Shown piece by piece: positions 34,261 to 46,185 of a stretch of 64,000 nucleotides of DNA. Source of the stretch: Balamuthia mandrillaris (Eukaryota); assembly GCA_031835245.2 (NCBI GenBank), contig JAVKOQ020000056.1, forward strand, positions 1-64,000, written 5' to 3'. Below the pieces are notes generated by a model. It was not told where the DNA came from, searched no databases, and worked only from the letters and a program-made list of their open reading frames with translations. The first letter of the stretch is position 1; every line of letters starts with the position of its first letter. Both the position numbers and the translations under genes were made by a program.

Positions 34261-37085
34261 ATGGAAGCAACGCACGAAGGAGAGCGGGAGGAGAACCCGT
34301 ACGATAACGTGGCGCTGCTCGTCCAACGAATCCACAACAATCCGGTGCACCCTCGCTCCCGTCATCCAAGGTCATCATCCTCATCCAAGACGAAATCCAC
34401 CTCATCGAAAAGTCATCCGACCCCATCCGTCCCGGATGAGCCATCATCATCATCATCACCTGCATCATCACCCACCAAAGCATCCTCGGCGAGGCTGAGA
34501 AGACCGCAGAATGGGTTTTTCATCTATGCCAACAAGTTCAGGGGTCTTTTGCAGAGGGAGTTCCCTCACTTACCCAACTCCAGGATTTCCAAGCTGCTAG
34601 GGCAGCAGTGGGGAGAGCTCTCCAAGGCAGAGCGAGACCCTTACGTCCAGGAGGCCGCCCGCAAGAAGAACGAGTTCCTCAAGGCCCATCCGGAATACCG
34701 GTTCCGCAGGAGCAACGGCATCCCTCGCGTCAGGCCCAAGAAGGTCAACGACGTGTGGAGCGAGTTGGACCTCCATCACCAGCCCGTCATCCTTGTCCTC
34801 GACGAGGCGCAGGACCCATTGCCTGGGGACCTTTCCCCATCACCATCGTCCCCTTCACCCAAGGCCAGGAAGCCCAAAGCCAGGAGGCAAAAGGACCTGC
34901 CCAGCAACGCCGGAGGGAAGGTGAAGATTCTTTCCAACTTTTGTGAGCCCACTTGGGGAGCTTGCGCTCCGCCTCAGGCCTCTTTGCCCATGACGGAGCT
35001 TCTGGGGGTCTTGCCCGCCCCCACCCCCTGCGCTGCCTCACCTGCCCCACAGGGCGAGAACTCGGAAGAGGAAGCAAAGCAGGTGGAGGCAACAAACAAC
35101 CCCTCTTCCTTCCCCCCCACGTCTTCTCCGCAGGGTGAACTCCGTGGCTCCTCCTCCCCTGCCACCTCCCCTGAGGAGAGCGGTGGTGGTGGTGGTGAGA
35201 AAAAAACGAGAGAGAAGGGCGCCCGAAGGTCCCGCAAAAAGCGAAAAACAAACTCCTCTTTGGAGCACGGGAGAGGGTCTCCCCTCCGGGAAAGGACCCC
35301 ACCTTTAGCGACACCGACCTCTGCCTCCTCATCCGGAGCCGCCCCAGCCGAGGCCGCAGCCGGAGAGGCGCCTCGGCCCTTCCCGGTTGCCCATGATAAC
35401 AACCACCCTCAACGGACGCCTCATAGCCTCCCAAAGAAGGGAAGTGACCCTTCGGCGAGGAAGAAACGCAAAAGGGAGCGAACCCTTCCCCGTGAAGCGA
35501 ATGAAAGGGGATCAAAACAGCAACAAACAGAGCAACAACAACAGCAGCAGCAGCAGCAGCAGCAGCACAACAAACAATTCTGGAAGCAACTGTCACAACT
35601 CCGGCGGCTCCTACGTCCAACCCTTGTGCTATTGCTTCCACAGGCACTTTGGCTCCGGAGCCCAACAGCCCTTCGGAAAGCAACGCAACGGAGCCGAACG
35701 TACCTGTTTCTTCCGCTCCGGTTCTGCATGAAGCCTCCACAGACCTTCTGCCGCAAAGAGCAGCGGCCCTTCTTCTTCCTCCGGAAGAAGTGACGGTCTT
35801 GGAGGAAGGCATGTTTTGGAACGACGACGCGTTGCTCGGGCCGTCAGCTTTGCCGCTGCCCTCTTTGCCGACGACTCTTGCCCCCCCTTCGTCCTCCGGA
35901 ACGGCGGCTTTCGTTGAGCAACAACGTGCATCCTCACTTCCGCTGACGGAAGCGCTTTCCAAGGAACACCACCAGTTTTTCAACTACTTTGGCTGCCTTG
36001 CTTCCAGACCTTCTTCCGCTGCCGCTCCTGTTGCCTCTCTCCCTTTGCCACACAACTTTGTTGCTTCTTCTTCTCCGCTGCCGCTTCTCTCTCACCAACA
36101 TCACCTATATTATCCACATCAACAACAGGAAGTTTTGTACCAAAGCTGCATGGAGCCTCTTTGCAGGCCTACTCCCAACCACGAGACGCCCCCGACCCTC
36201 TTTTCTTCTGGTTACTCCTGGGAAGAGTGCGTCTCCGATGTTGCTGAAGCTGAAGGAAGCGAGGAGAATGAAGACCGATCCTGTGGGAGTAGCACGACGC
36301 CTCCTTCCTCCTTTGGCAGCGGCGAACAGGAGGACTTTGTGTACGCCACGTCGGGGCAAGAGGGACAGGAGAGCTCTTCCTCTCCGGAACCTTCGCCGGG
36401 CTCCGCTTCGGATCCCTCCTTGCTCCCGGATCCACTTCGAGAGTATCCCCCTCTGCCTTCTTTGTTGGATCACTCCATAGCGGAGGTGGATCCCTTTGCA
36501 AGTTGGCAGCAGCACTTTTCCACAGCGGAGAGAAGGGAGAGCGACCCCTCCTGCCTGTTTTCTTCTCCGCACTACAACAGTAACAGCAGTTGTTGTTGGC
36601 CTCATCACTCAGCTCCGCCTCACCTCCTCCATCATTCTCCTTCTCCGTCGCATCCGCCTCTTCAGCCTTCTTATCATCCTTCTCCTGCTTGCTATTTAAG
36701 CTGTTGCCCTCCTCCTGCTTCTCCAGCAGCCCATCATCTCCCGCCGTATCAACACCAACTGAGCGTTGCGGATCAACATTGTAACTCCATGGCTGGGTGC
36801 TCCAATGCTCGCCAAGTGTTTCTTCCTCCTCAACGGTTGTGCTGTTGTTCTTGTTATAGCGGCTGTACTTATTGCGGCTCTGTGCCGTTCCCCTCTTGTT
36901 GCTTTGGCCATCAACGCAGCGGCACTAATCATGTTCCTCCTCTTTCTTCGCCTTCTTTGTCTTCTTCCTTCCCTTATCCTCCTCTACCGTCTCTTCCTTC
37001 ACTCAGCCTTCGTCAAACTTCTTCGCCTCTTCCTTTCCTTGTTGACAGTAGCTGCATGCATGTTTCTCCTCCTGTTTCTTCTTGA
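34261..37085 (+). CDS. SOX/MATA-type single HMG-box transcription factor with long disordered tail; one apparent frameshift near 35566
   Basis: RRPQNGFFIY..PHLPNSRISKLLGQQW..HPEYRF. Two overlapping ORFs (to 35793 and to 37085) join if one base is added at the end of the CAG tract. Confidence 0.8.
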
Positions 37086-37426
37086 TGGCAGTCATTCCGT
37101 TTGAATTCTTCATCCATGGTTTATAGCTGCTTCGCTCTTGTCCATTCGTTGCTTTGTATTTGTCCATTCGCAAATGCTGTTGTATTTTTACCTGCACATA
37201 AGACTAAAATAAATGATGTTTGTGGTTAACGATTTTTTTCCTGTCGTCAGTAATTTCAAAGAAGCGAAGAATAGAGAAAAAGGGTGAGAGAGAGAGAGAG
37301 AGTAAGTGAAAGAAAGGAGAGAAACGATAGCAGAAAGAAAAGAAGAACAATAAGAGATTGTAAAAGAATGTTGTTCGTGAATGATGAAAGCGAAACAAAG
37401 GGGGAAAGCAAATTCAAGTGGTAGTA

Positions 37427-37613
37427 TTACAGCATATGCTCCACTGCGGTTTGGTCCTTGAGGTTCAGCTTTTGAGTTTCTTCCAGCAATGCTTTATAAC
37501 AAAACATGTACTGTTCCTGTTTTTGTGTTATTTGAAGTAGTTGCGTTTTTTTATTGTTTTTTTGATTTCATTTGTTTGTTATTGAGACATTGAAAAAGAA
37601 ATAAACTTATGAA

Positions 37614-37647
<34 letters not shown>

Positions 37648-37649
37648 AA

Positions 37650-37685
<36 letters not shown>

Positions 37686-39045
37686 AGAGACAGAGAGGAG
37701 TAAAGGAGAAAGCGAGAGGGAGAGAGACACACAGAGAGAGAGCTAGAGACCTTAGTTTGAACCATGCCCACACGTTGTTCTCGCATGCGAAGCACCGTTT
37801 GCAAGACATTAAACTTAGGCACGGCATCTGGGCTATTCTTCAAATTCAAGTTAAGCTCCTCCAGCGTGGCGTGTACTGTGCAGAACGTTCCCGTCCTTCC
37901 GATACCAGCACTGTATGTTTGTTTCATTGTTTTATGAGTATGGGATACAATTTGAACATCTCTCAAGTGTTCTCTCACTATTCTCTCCACTCTCTTCTTT
38001 GTCTCTTTCCTTCTCGCTCTCTGTCATTTTTCCCGTATCGTGTCTCGCTTTGCTGTTTTCTCTCTTCGCGATTTCTTCTCGTTTGCTCTTCCCGCTTCTC
38101 TCTCATTCGCTCTTCTCGTCTCATCCCTCACTCACTCTCTCTTTCTCTCTCTCTCTCTTCCTCTTCTAATTTCTTTTCTTCGGAGTAAGCTTGGCAACAT
38201 ACCTGCAGTGCACTACAATAGGTGATGCGGGTTTCCGCACCCGGTCAACCTGATGAAGGATCTTCCGAAACGCAGCAGCGCTCTCAGGAAGGCCATGATC
38301 TGGCCAGTCCATGTATTGGAAGTGAGTGACCTCCCTTGAACTATTCTGAATGGTGTGAAAGTCACAAAAAAACGAGATAGTATTACGTTGTGAGAAAATA
38401 GTAAAGAGGCAGGAGGGAAGAGAGGAGAGAGAGAGAGAGAGAGAATACCGTTTGGGCGTTGTACATGAAAACAGTTCGTATGGCCAACCGGTCTTCCATC
38501 TTTTTCTCTCGAACGAGAGTCACTTTCAAATACTCAAACGTGAAAGAGTTGCCCTCTTCCAAAGGCCAGTAGCGAGTGCATTTGATCTGAATTGTTTTAA
38601 GCAACGACAAAGTAAAAATAATAATTAAGAGATGATCTACAAATAAGAGAACGAGAATAAATGAGAGCTACATACTCGATCGTTCTCAACCTCTTTAGTA
38701 AGCATAACAATAACGTTGGAATCCGTTTCCCACACCATTCGCCAAAAGTCTTCCACAGTCTCTTGCAATGGGCCTTGCGTCGATATGTAAGACCTCTGGC
38801 TGCCTGGTATTAATCCCTGAAAGTTTGAAACAGCAATTGGTTGTCACAAACCAGCAAAGAAGAGAAGACAAGCGAAGCGCGAAGCACAAGAGGAATACAA
38901 AAGAGTAAAAGGACAAGGTGGAAGGACATACGTCGACCCAGTTGGCGTTAATGTAATCGGAGCCGTCTTGTCCATCTTTCTGAGACAGCTTTACTCTAGT
39001 TTTTTCCACTGTTGTCACAATATATCGGTAAGAATGAGAGAGGGC

Positions 39046-39088
<43 letters not shown>

Positions 39089-39580
39089 ACAAAAACACAG
39101 AAGGAACGAGAAAGGGAGGAGGAGGAGCAGGAGGGAGGAGCATTTAAAAAATTACGAACAGGGAAGAACGTTAGAATAACGGTTCTTGCTTCGGTTGATC
39201 GGCTTTATGGCCCCGTCGTAGTCCCCAAAGAACGACTCGGACTCGCTCTTCTTTTCTATGTACTGCTTTTCGCATCGAGAGAAAAAAAAAGGAGATCATA
39301 ACGGTAGCAAAAAAAAAAATTAACGAAAAAGTAGAGAGACAAAATGATCTTCGGTTCAACATTCGAAAAAAAAAAGACAAACCATGAACTCCATGTCAAA
39401 TCCGTCGCCCTCATAGTTGGTACACATCTGCTTCAAGCGAGAGATGTGAAGGCCGAGATCGACGACAGGCAGACCGAGCTCCCATTCCTCCAACGGTTTG
39501 TACATGAGTTGCTCCTTGGAGGGCGTGGCCGAACGGCCTTTGTCTCTCGGGCTGTGGTTGTGGTGGGGATGGTGATCCAT
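37427..39580 (-). CDS. Classical non-receptor protein tyrosine phosphatase, multi-exon
   Basis: [47 protein letters not shown] and MVQTKEQY. Confidence 0.95.
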
Positions 39581-39754
39581 GTTGTCGCCGAGGCTTTCGT
39601 TCTGTCACACCCAACAGAGAGAGAGAAAAAAAACAGGAGGGAGGGAGGGAGGGAGGAAGATGGGAGGGGATAAGATTGGGAGCCAGAAGAAAGAAAATCG
39701 CAAGTCAGTTTTTTCCCCCTTCGAAACTCTTTTTTTTTTGTTTAGCTTGGATTT

Positions 39755-39840
39755 TTGTAGACACTTGTCACATTAAACGTCGACATGAAATTTTGTAGAC
39801 AAAACTTAAGTGTCGACGACATTCTCGTGTCGACACAGTA
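39755..39840. promoter_or_regulatory. Cluster of GTCGAC/GTAGAC motifs in the divergent PTP/SF3B6 intergenic region
   Basis: GTCGAC at 39779, 39812 and 39829 (the last within GTGTCGACAC), plus TTTTGTAGAC twice. Regulatory function is inferred only. Confidence 0.45.
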
Positions 39841-40398
39841 CCTGCGAGGAAGAGACGAAAGAAAGGGTGCGCTCGTTTTGTTGGTGAAGAGGAGGTCCTG
39901 TCGCACAAAAGCTCGGCAATGCGGCTTGTGAAAAAAACATGAAAAGAAAGAACAAAAACGGAGGCTTGCGCAAGATCTCAATACAAACGGTAAAAGAATA
40001 GCTTGGGCATGTTTTGTTTGTCATTCTTGAAACGAACCAACAACAAAGATGGTTTCTGAAGTATTCTCGGGAGGAAAGAGTTTTTCCCCATGGACGTGAA
40101 CGCAAAGGTGGACCAATGCGCTGAGGCCACGCCTTCCACAATCTACGAAGAAAAGACGTCCCTCGTACGCTATTACTTGAGATAATTTCAGACCCAACCT
40201 ATCAACCTCGTAGATATGCTCGATCACTTTATTGTCGACTGGCTGGGTGTCGGCGATAATTCCTTGGTCGACAAAAAACGAAGAAAGTAAAAAGAAGAGA
40301 AGGTTCTCTCCCACAAGCGCCAAGTGCTTCCGTTCTGCTCCCTCCTCCTCCGCTCTCTTTTCCACATACACACACGCAAAGCTCCCATCAAAGAAAAC

Positions 40399-41501
40399 AT
40401 GGAAGGAAAACCAGTCGGCCGGCGACCGGTACTGTGATGTTTTTTTTTTTGCGTTCGATGGGAACTTACCTGATATTTTTTTTAAATCTCCAATCTACTT
40501 GGGGAATACTTTTAGGGTCGCTTAGCGCCAGAAGTGAACAGGGTGGTGTTCGTAAAGTGAGTATTTGTTTTCGCTGTGTTCATGAACTCTGTTGGTTTCT
40601 CACACTTGGCTCTGTTTTCTCACTGTCCTTCGGGAACCTAACGCAGGAACTTGCCGTTCAAGATCACGACGGAAGAGCTCTACGATCTGTTTGGGAAGTA
40701 CGGAGCAATATATCAAATACGACTGTACGTACCATCGCACATCCCTTTGCCACTCTGCTCGCTGCTCTGCTCGCTGTCCCTCTCTTCTTTCCGCTTCTTT
40801 GTTGTTCACATTGTTGGTCATCCTCCTTATCTGACTTCTTGTCTTCGTTCTTCGTTCTTCTTGCTTGTTCTTGTTCTCTTCTTCTTGTTCTTGTTCTTCG
40901 TCTTCGTCTTCTTCGTCTTCGTCTTCTTCTTCTTCTCCTTCTCCTTCTTGCTTCTTCTCCTGCTGCTTCTTCTTTTTCTTCTTCTTCTTCTTCTTCTTCT
41001 TCTTCTTCTTCTTTTTCTTTCTTTCTTCTTCTTCTTCTTCTTCTTCTCCTTCTCCTTCTTGCTTCTTCTTTTCATTATGCTTCGTTATTCTCCGTCCTTT
41101 TCTTCTCTGCTTCCTGTAGGCTTATTCATCATCTTTCCTCTCCTCTTCTATCCTTTCTTGTGCCTAACAAACCGCCATCCTTCATTTGCAGAGGTAACGC
41201 AAAGGATACCAAAGGCACAGCATTCGTTGTTTATGAAGACATCTATGATGCCAAAGAAGCTGTGGAACATCTTTCTGGTTTTAACATTGGCGGAAGGTTC
41301 GTTCATTTCATCGCCATTCATTTCTTTTTTCTTTCTTTTTTTCTCCAACGAGCCCAGCTCACAAGCAAACAAAACAGGTATCTCATTGTGTTATACTATC
41401 AGCAAGACAAGATGCAAAAGAAGATGGACAAAGGCAAGAAGAAGCAGGACATAGAAGACCTCAAAACGAGATACGGCATCAGCGACGACACTCTTGACTA
41501 A
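40399..41501 (+). CDS. SF3B6: Splicing factor 3B subunit 6 (p14), multi-exon
   Basis: [66 protein letters not shown]. Confidence 0.96.
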
Positions 41502-42187
41502 TAACGGGAGGAGGAACAGTTGAAGAGAGAGACGAAAGTTTTTGTAGAGAGAAAAAGAAAGAAAAAAAAAATGATCTAATGTCGCCAAAAAATACTGAGA
41601 AAAGATTGCGGGCCATGCCAGTTTGACAAACGCGGGCAGGCCTGGACAAAATTCAATGGGTAGCCTGCTGCGTTCGTGTGAGTTCGTTTCAGGGCAATTT
41701 CGGAGATGAGGTGGGAAAGGGTCGAGGGAAAACTCTTGCGCTTGATGTCAGACAAAAATCGCCCGCCACATTTTTTCCTCCCCAAATTCTCAGGGAGCGG
41801 GGGCACACAAGTTTCCTAACATCCTGAGCAACGAATGAGAAACAATTTTTGGTAAAGGGTGTCGAGAGTTATTTCCCCCCTTTCCGCTCCCTGTCCCTGT
41901 TGCAGAGGAACGACGCGTGGAATTTGGGGCCAAATATTAACTGTCGACTTTGTCACTTTTTTTTTTCTTTGTATTTTTTATTTTTTTTGTTTGAAGAGAG
42001 AGAGAAAAAAAAGTGATCCAATCTTCCATCTGCACTTCTCTTTTGTGCGTTGAGTGGATTGGATTTTTTTGTTTTTTGTGTGTGAGTGTGAGATTTGCTT
42101 TGTGGCGGTGTGAAGTTGAGTTTGCCGAACGATCGCACTTCATCTTCTTTTTTTTTTTGTGTATTTTTATTTAGTTGACAGAAAAAA

Positions 42188-42954
42188 ATGAACGGCGATG
42201 AAACCACATCCTTTGATTATTTTGGACAGCTGAACCAAGAGTCCAAGGTGGCTCTCGCTTTTTCCGAGGTGGAAGCCCTCATCGAGGCGTTCAAGCACCA
42301 CGACGGGGCGAGCCCGGGCAGCATCCCCGTGGCCGCGTTGAAGCCCCTCGCCAAGGAACTTGGGGCGCGCTACGGCAACGAGAAGAGCTTTGCCGATGTC
42401 TTTGGCGCTCTCAAAGCCGACACGGTTTCTTTTTCAGAGTTTATTCAGGTGGGTTTGGTTTTTTTTCCACGTAGCTCTTTACTTGCTTCTTCTTGTTCTT
42501 CGTCTCCTTCGTTCTGCTTCTTCGTTCTTCTTCTTCTTGTTCTTCTTCTTCTTCTTCTCCTTCTTCTCCTTCTCCTTCTCCTTGTTTTTCTTCTTCTTCT
42601 TCTTCTTCTTCCTCTTCTGTTTCTTCTTCTTCTTCTTGTTCTTCTTCTTCATCTCCTTGCCGCTGCTTCTTCTTCTGACTCAATAATTAATAAATCAAAA
42701 ACAAAACAAACATAAACAGCTGTTCGTAACAGCTCACAAGCAGAAAAAGATCACAAAGCTGGAGGCTGGAGGCGCTATTCACTCCTTCAGCGAGGAAGAG
42801 AAGCAAGGCTATGTGGACTATATTAACACCTCGCTGCAAGGAGATGAGGGGTTGGCGCATGTAGTCCCTATTGATCCTCACACCATGGATATCTTCAAAG
42901 CGGTCGGCGATGGTGTTCTCCTATGGTTTGTTCCTCCAGCTCCACTTATTTGTT

Positions 42955-43002
<48 letters not shown>

Positions 43003-45469
43003 TCGCTGTGATGAGCTTGGAACCGCTGATTCATCAAGTGATGATATCTTCAAACAACCGCTGTCTGAACCTTATTTCTTTCTCTTCTCTCCCCCTCTCT
43101 CTATTACGTATTATCTCTGTTCTGTTCTTTCTTCAGCCTCGTTACTACCTTCATTCTCTTTTGGCTCTCTCTCACTTCTTGCTTGTTCGTGACTAACTTA
43201 TGGACTTATATTCGCTGTTGGCAAACGTAGTAAACTTATTAACAAAGGCTTTCCTATGACGATCGATGAAGCCAAACTCAACATAAAATCGCCCAACAAC
43301 TGGGAGAAAAACGAGAACCACGACAAGTGCATCGCTGCGGCCGTGAAGCTTGGTTGTTCCATCGTTAACATCGGTGGTGAGGACCTTATTGCTGGTACAC
43401 CCCATCTGGTCATGGGTCTCATTTGGCAGATCATCAAAGTACTTCCTTTCCTTAGTCTCTTTTACTTTTATTTTTTGTCATTGACTCATTTTCCTTCTGT
43501 TTGCGCTCCATTTTCCGCTACTCTCTTCTTTCTTGTTTATCCTTCTCTTGTTTCTCTCTTTGTCTCTCTCGTTCACCTATAAACACAAATACAGAAAAGC
43601 TTGTTGGCAAAAGTAGCGGCAAACCTTCAATCTGAAAGCGAGGCCTTGGATAACCTCCCTCCGGAACAGATCCTGTTCAAGTGGTTCAACTACCATCTCA
43701 CCAATGCGGGACACAAAGGAAATGTCAGCAACTGGAGCTCTGACTTGAAGGACGGCAAAAAGTTTATTGTGCTGCTCTCCCAGCTGGACAAGGAGAAAAT
43801 CACAGGGGAGGACATGGAAAGCGCTCTCTCTGCCTCTTCAGATCTGAATCGTGCAGGCATGGTGGTGGAATTCGCAGAGAGGATCGGTTGTAAGGAGTTT
43901 GTCACACCAAAAACCATTGTCGAGGTATGTCCTCTCTCTCTCTCTCATTTTGTTTGGTTTTGTTTGTCATAATTCTAGTATTGCTTATTCGTTCTTTCTT
44001 CTGTTCATGTTTTAATCTATTAATAATATATTTGTGTCTAACCACAAACAAAACAAACCAATAACAATAAAAAGGGCAATCCTCGACTCAACTTGGCTTT
44101 CGTGGCCACACTATTCAACAAATATCCACACATGGGACCAAGCCCGGAAGAGTTGGCCAAGGCTCGCGTGCAAGAACTAGAATCAGAGCTCAAGGAGACC
44201 ACTGAAAGCCTCGCCTCCACCAAGCAACAACAACACACCCTCTCCGAGGAGCTCACCAAGCTGCAAAAGGACTTCAACTCTAAGGACGAGCAGCTGCAGG
44301 AGGTAAGCAGAAAGTTGGAGAACATCCTTACAGAGCGGGAGCGCCTGCAGCAGCACGTAGAGGAGCTGCTGGATGAGCTGGCCACCGCCAAGACCCGCAC
44401 AGAAGCCCTGCAGAAGGACCTGAGCTGGCCTCCAACGAGAGAGACTCCCTCTCCCAACAGCTGCGCGATGAGAAGGAGGCGCGAGAAGCAGCAGACAAGA
44501 AGATCATCGAGCTGGAGGAGGACCTCGAGCGAACTCGAAAGGAGGCCAAGGACACTCAAGACGACCTCCTCCGAGAGATCGAGAGACTGAAGAAAGAACT
44601 TGCTGAGGCGCTAGATGAGAACGAGAAGCTCAAGCAGAAGCTCAAGGAGGAGAGGGAGGCCAAGGAGGCGCTGGCTCAGGAGCTCAAGGAGACGAACGAG
44701 CTGCTAGAGGAGACGCGTGCGGAGAGCGACGAGGAGAAGACCCTTCTTCTGCAGAGGATCAAAGACTTGGAGGAGGAGGTGGAGCAGTTGAAGGAAGTGA
44801 TGGACAGCTCGCTGAGCAAAGCGGCCAGGGACAAGGCGGAGGCCCTCTCCAAAGCCAATATGTCCAAGGAGAGCGCGTTGAGCGAGGCGGAGCGGGCTCG
44901 TATCGCCGCTATGAAGAAGCTCCAGAACCTGCTGAGCAAAGTGCAGCGAGAGGGATGGATGCATTTGCAAGGTTTGTCGTTTCTTTTCCGTGGCTTCTTG
45001 TCGTTCTTGTGGATTCCTTCTTTCTTTCTTTCTTGTGATTTCTTTCTTTCTTTCTTGTCGTTTCTTTCTTTCTTTCTTTTCTGGCTCTTAGTCTTCTTTT
45101 TCAAATACAGAAAAAGCAACGTTCGGAGTGACATGGAAGAAACGCTATTTCGTGCTGCAGGACAACTTCCTCTCCTTCTACAAGCACGAGAAGGCGTTCA
45201 GCGAGAGCAAGCCCCTGGGCATCATCATCTGCGAGGAGTGCCGCGTCTACGAGCTGGACGAGAAGCAGAGCAAGAGGCCGTTCGCCTTCCAGCTGGACAA
45301 CGGCAAGACGCAGTACAACATCGCCTGCCACAAGGCCGAGAAGATGAAGGACTGGATGAAGGCCATCAAGGCCGCCAAGAAGAAGGCCGTCGGCGTCAAG
45401 GTGATCAGCGACAGCCGAGCGGATGAGGAGATTCACTCCCCAAGAAAGGGCACCACTGTGTCCAAGTAA
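42188..45469 (+). CDS. Fimbrin/plastin-type protein: EF-hand-like head, one CH-CH actin-binding domain, coiled coil, C-terminal PH domain; apparent frameshift at about 44422
   Basis: HSFSEEEK..DYIN, DGVLL, VVNIG-like IVNIGGEDL..HLVMGLIWQIIK, LPPEQILFKWFNYHL and GNPRLNLAFVATLFN. PH domain REGWM..WKKRYFVL..KPLGII..DWMKAI. Confidence 0.88.
43003..43072 (+). ncRNA. Candidate intronic box C/D snoRNA
   Basis: Box C GTGATGA 43008-43014, D' CTGA 43026-43029, C' GTGATGA 43038-43044 and D CTGA 43065-43068. All four boxes are consensus and correctly ordered inside an otherwise CT-rich intron. Confidence 0.8.
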
Positions 45470-45654
45470 AAAAAAAAAACAAAGGTATAAATAGAAACAA
45501 AAACACACAAACGAACAAACCACAAAAATGAAACAACAAACCAAAAACAAAAACAAAACCGAACTGAACTGAACTACATCTGCTTTCTCTCTTCTTATTT
45601 CTTTTAGTATATTTTATTGTTTGCTTCCAATTTCTTTTCTCCTTCGTTGCATTT

Positions 45655-45708
<54 letters not shown>

Positions 45709-46185
45709 CTCCCTCCTTGTATTGTCCTTTCGAACTATTATCATTATTTTTTGCATGTTATTGCAGCACTTTCGCAGGTGGCGCTTCTTCTTCGCCGCTT
45801 TCTTTTTCCTTGTCGACAATCCCATGAACCAATCGTAAATCAAACGTAATGTCTACAATTAATATTTGAAATTGCCAGTCCACCAGGAAATCAAAAATGT
45901 GTCCACAAAAATCAACCCACCTACACCAAAAAAAAAAGAGGAAAAGTCGCTAAAAGAGAAAAACCGCGAAAGAAAAGAAAGAAAAGAAAACAGGAAGAGA
46001 GTAGCAAAAAAAAGAAAGAAACACCTCAACGCCTCTTCTTGGGCAACTTGGATTGATTTCCAAAAAGAAAAGAGTTTTTTCCTGGTTTTTTTTTTTTGGA
46101 GGAAGTAACGAACCTTTTGTTTATTTATTTATTGTATTTTTTTTAAAAAAATTATCATTATTATTTGGCGCATGTGGACGGAACG

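Noticed and set aside
37911..38202. Introner-type transposon origin for the PTP intron
   Set aside because: The inverted repeat is only 7 bp, there is no second copy in the window, and to my knowledge an intron at HCS|AG is an old position in PTP genes.
40021..40371. 116-aa minus-strand ORF between PTP and SF3B6
   Set aside because: It lacks a convincing start, overlaps the promoter motifs and has no recognisable homology.
44415..44430. Frameshift in the fimbrin-like coiled coil as programmed frameshifting
   Set aside because: There is no slippery heptamer. ctg-gag collapsed to ctgag is a typical single-base consensus error.
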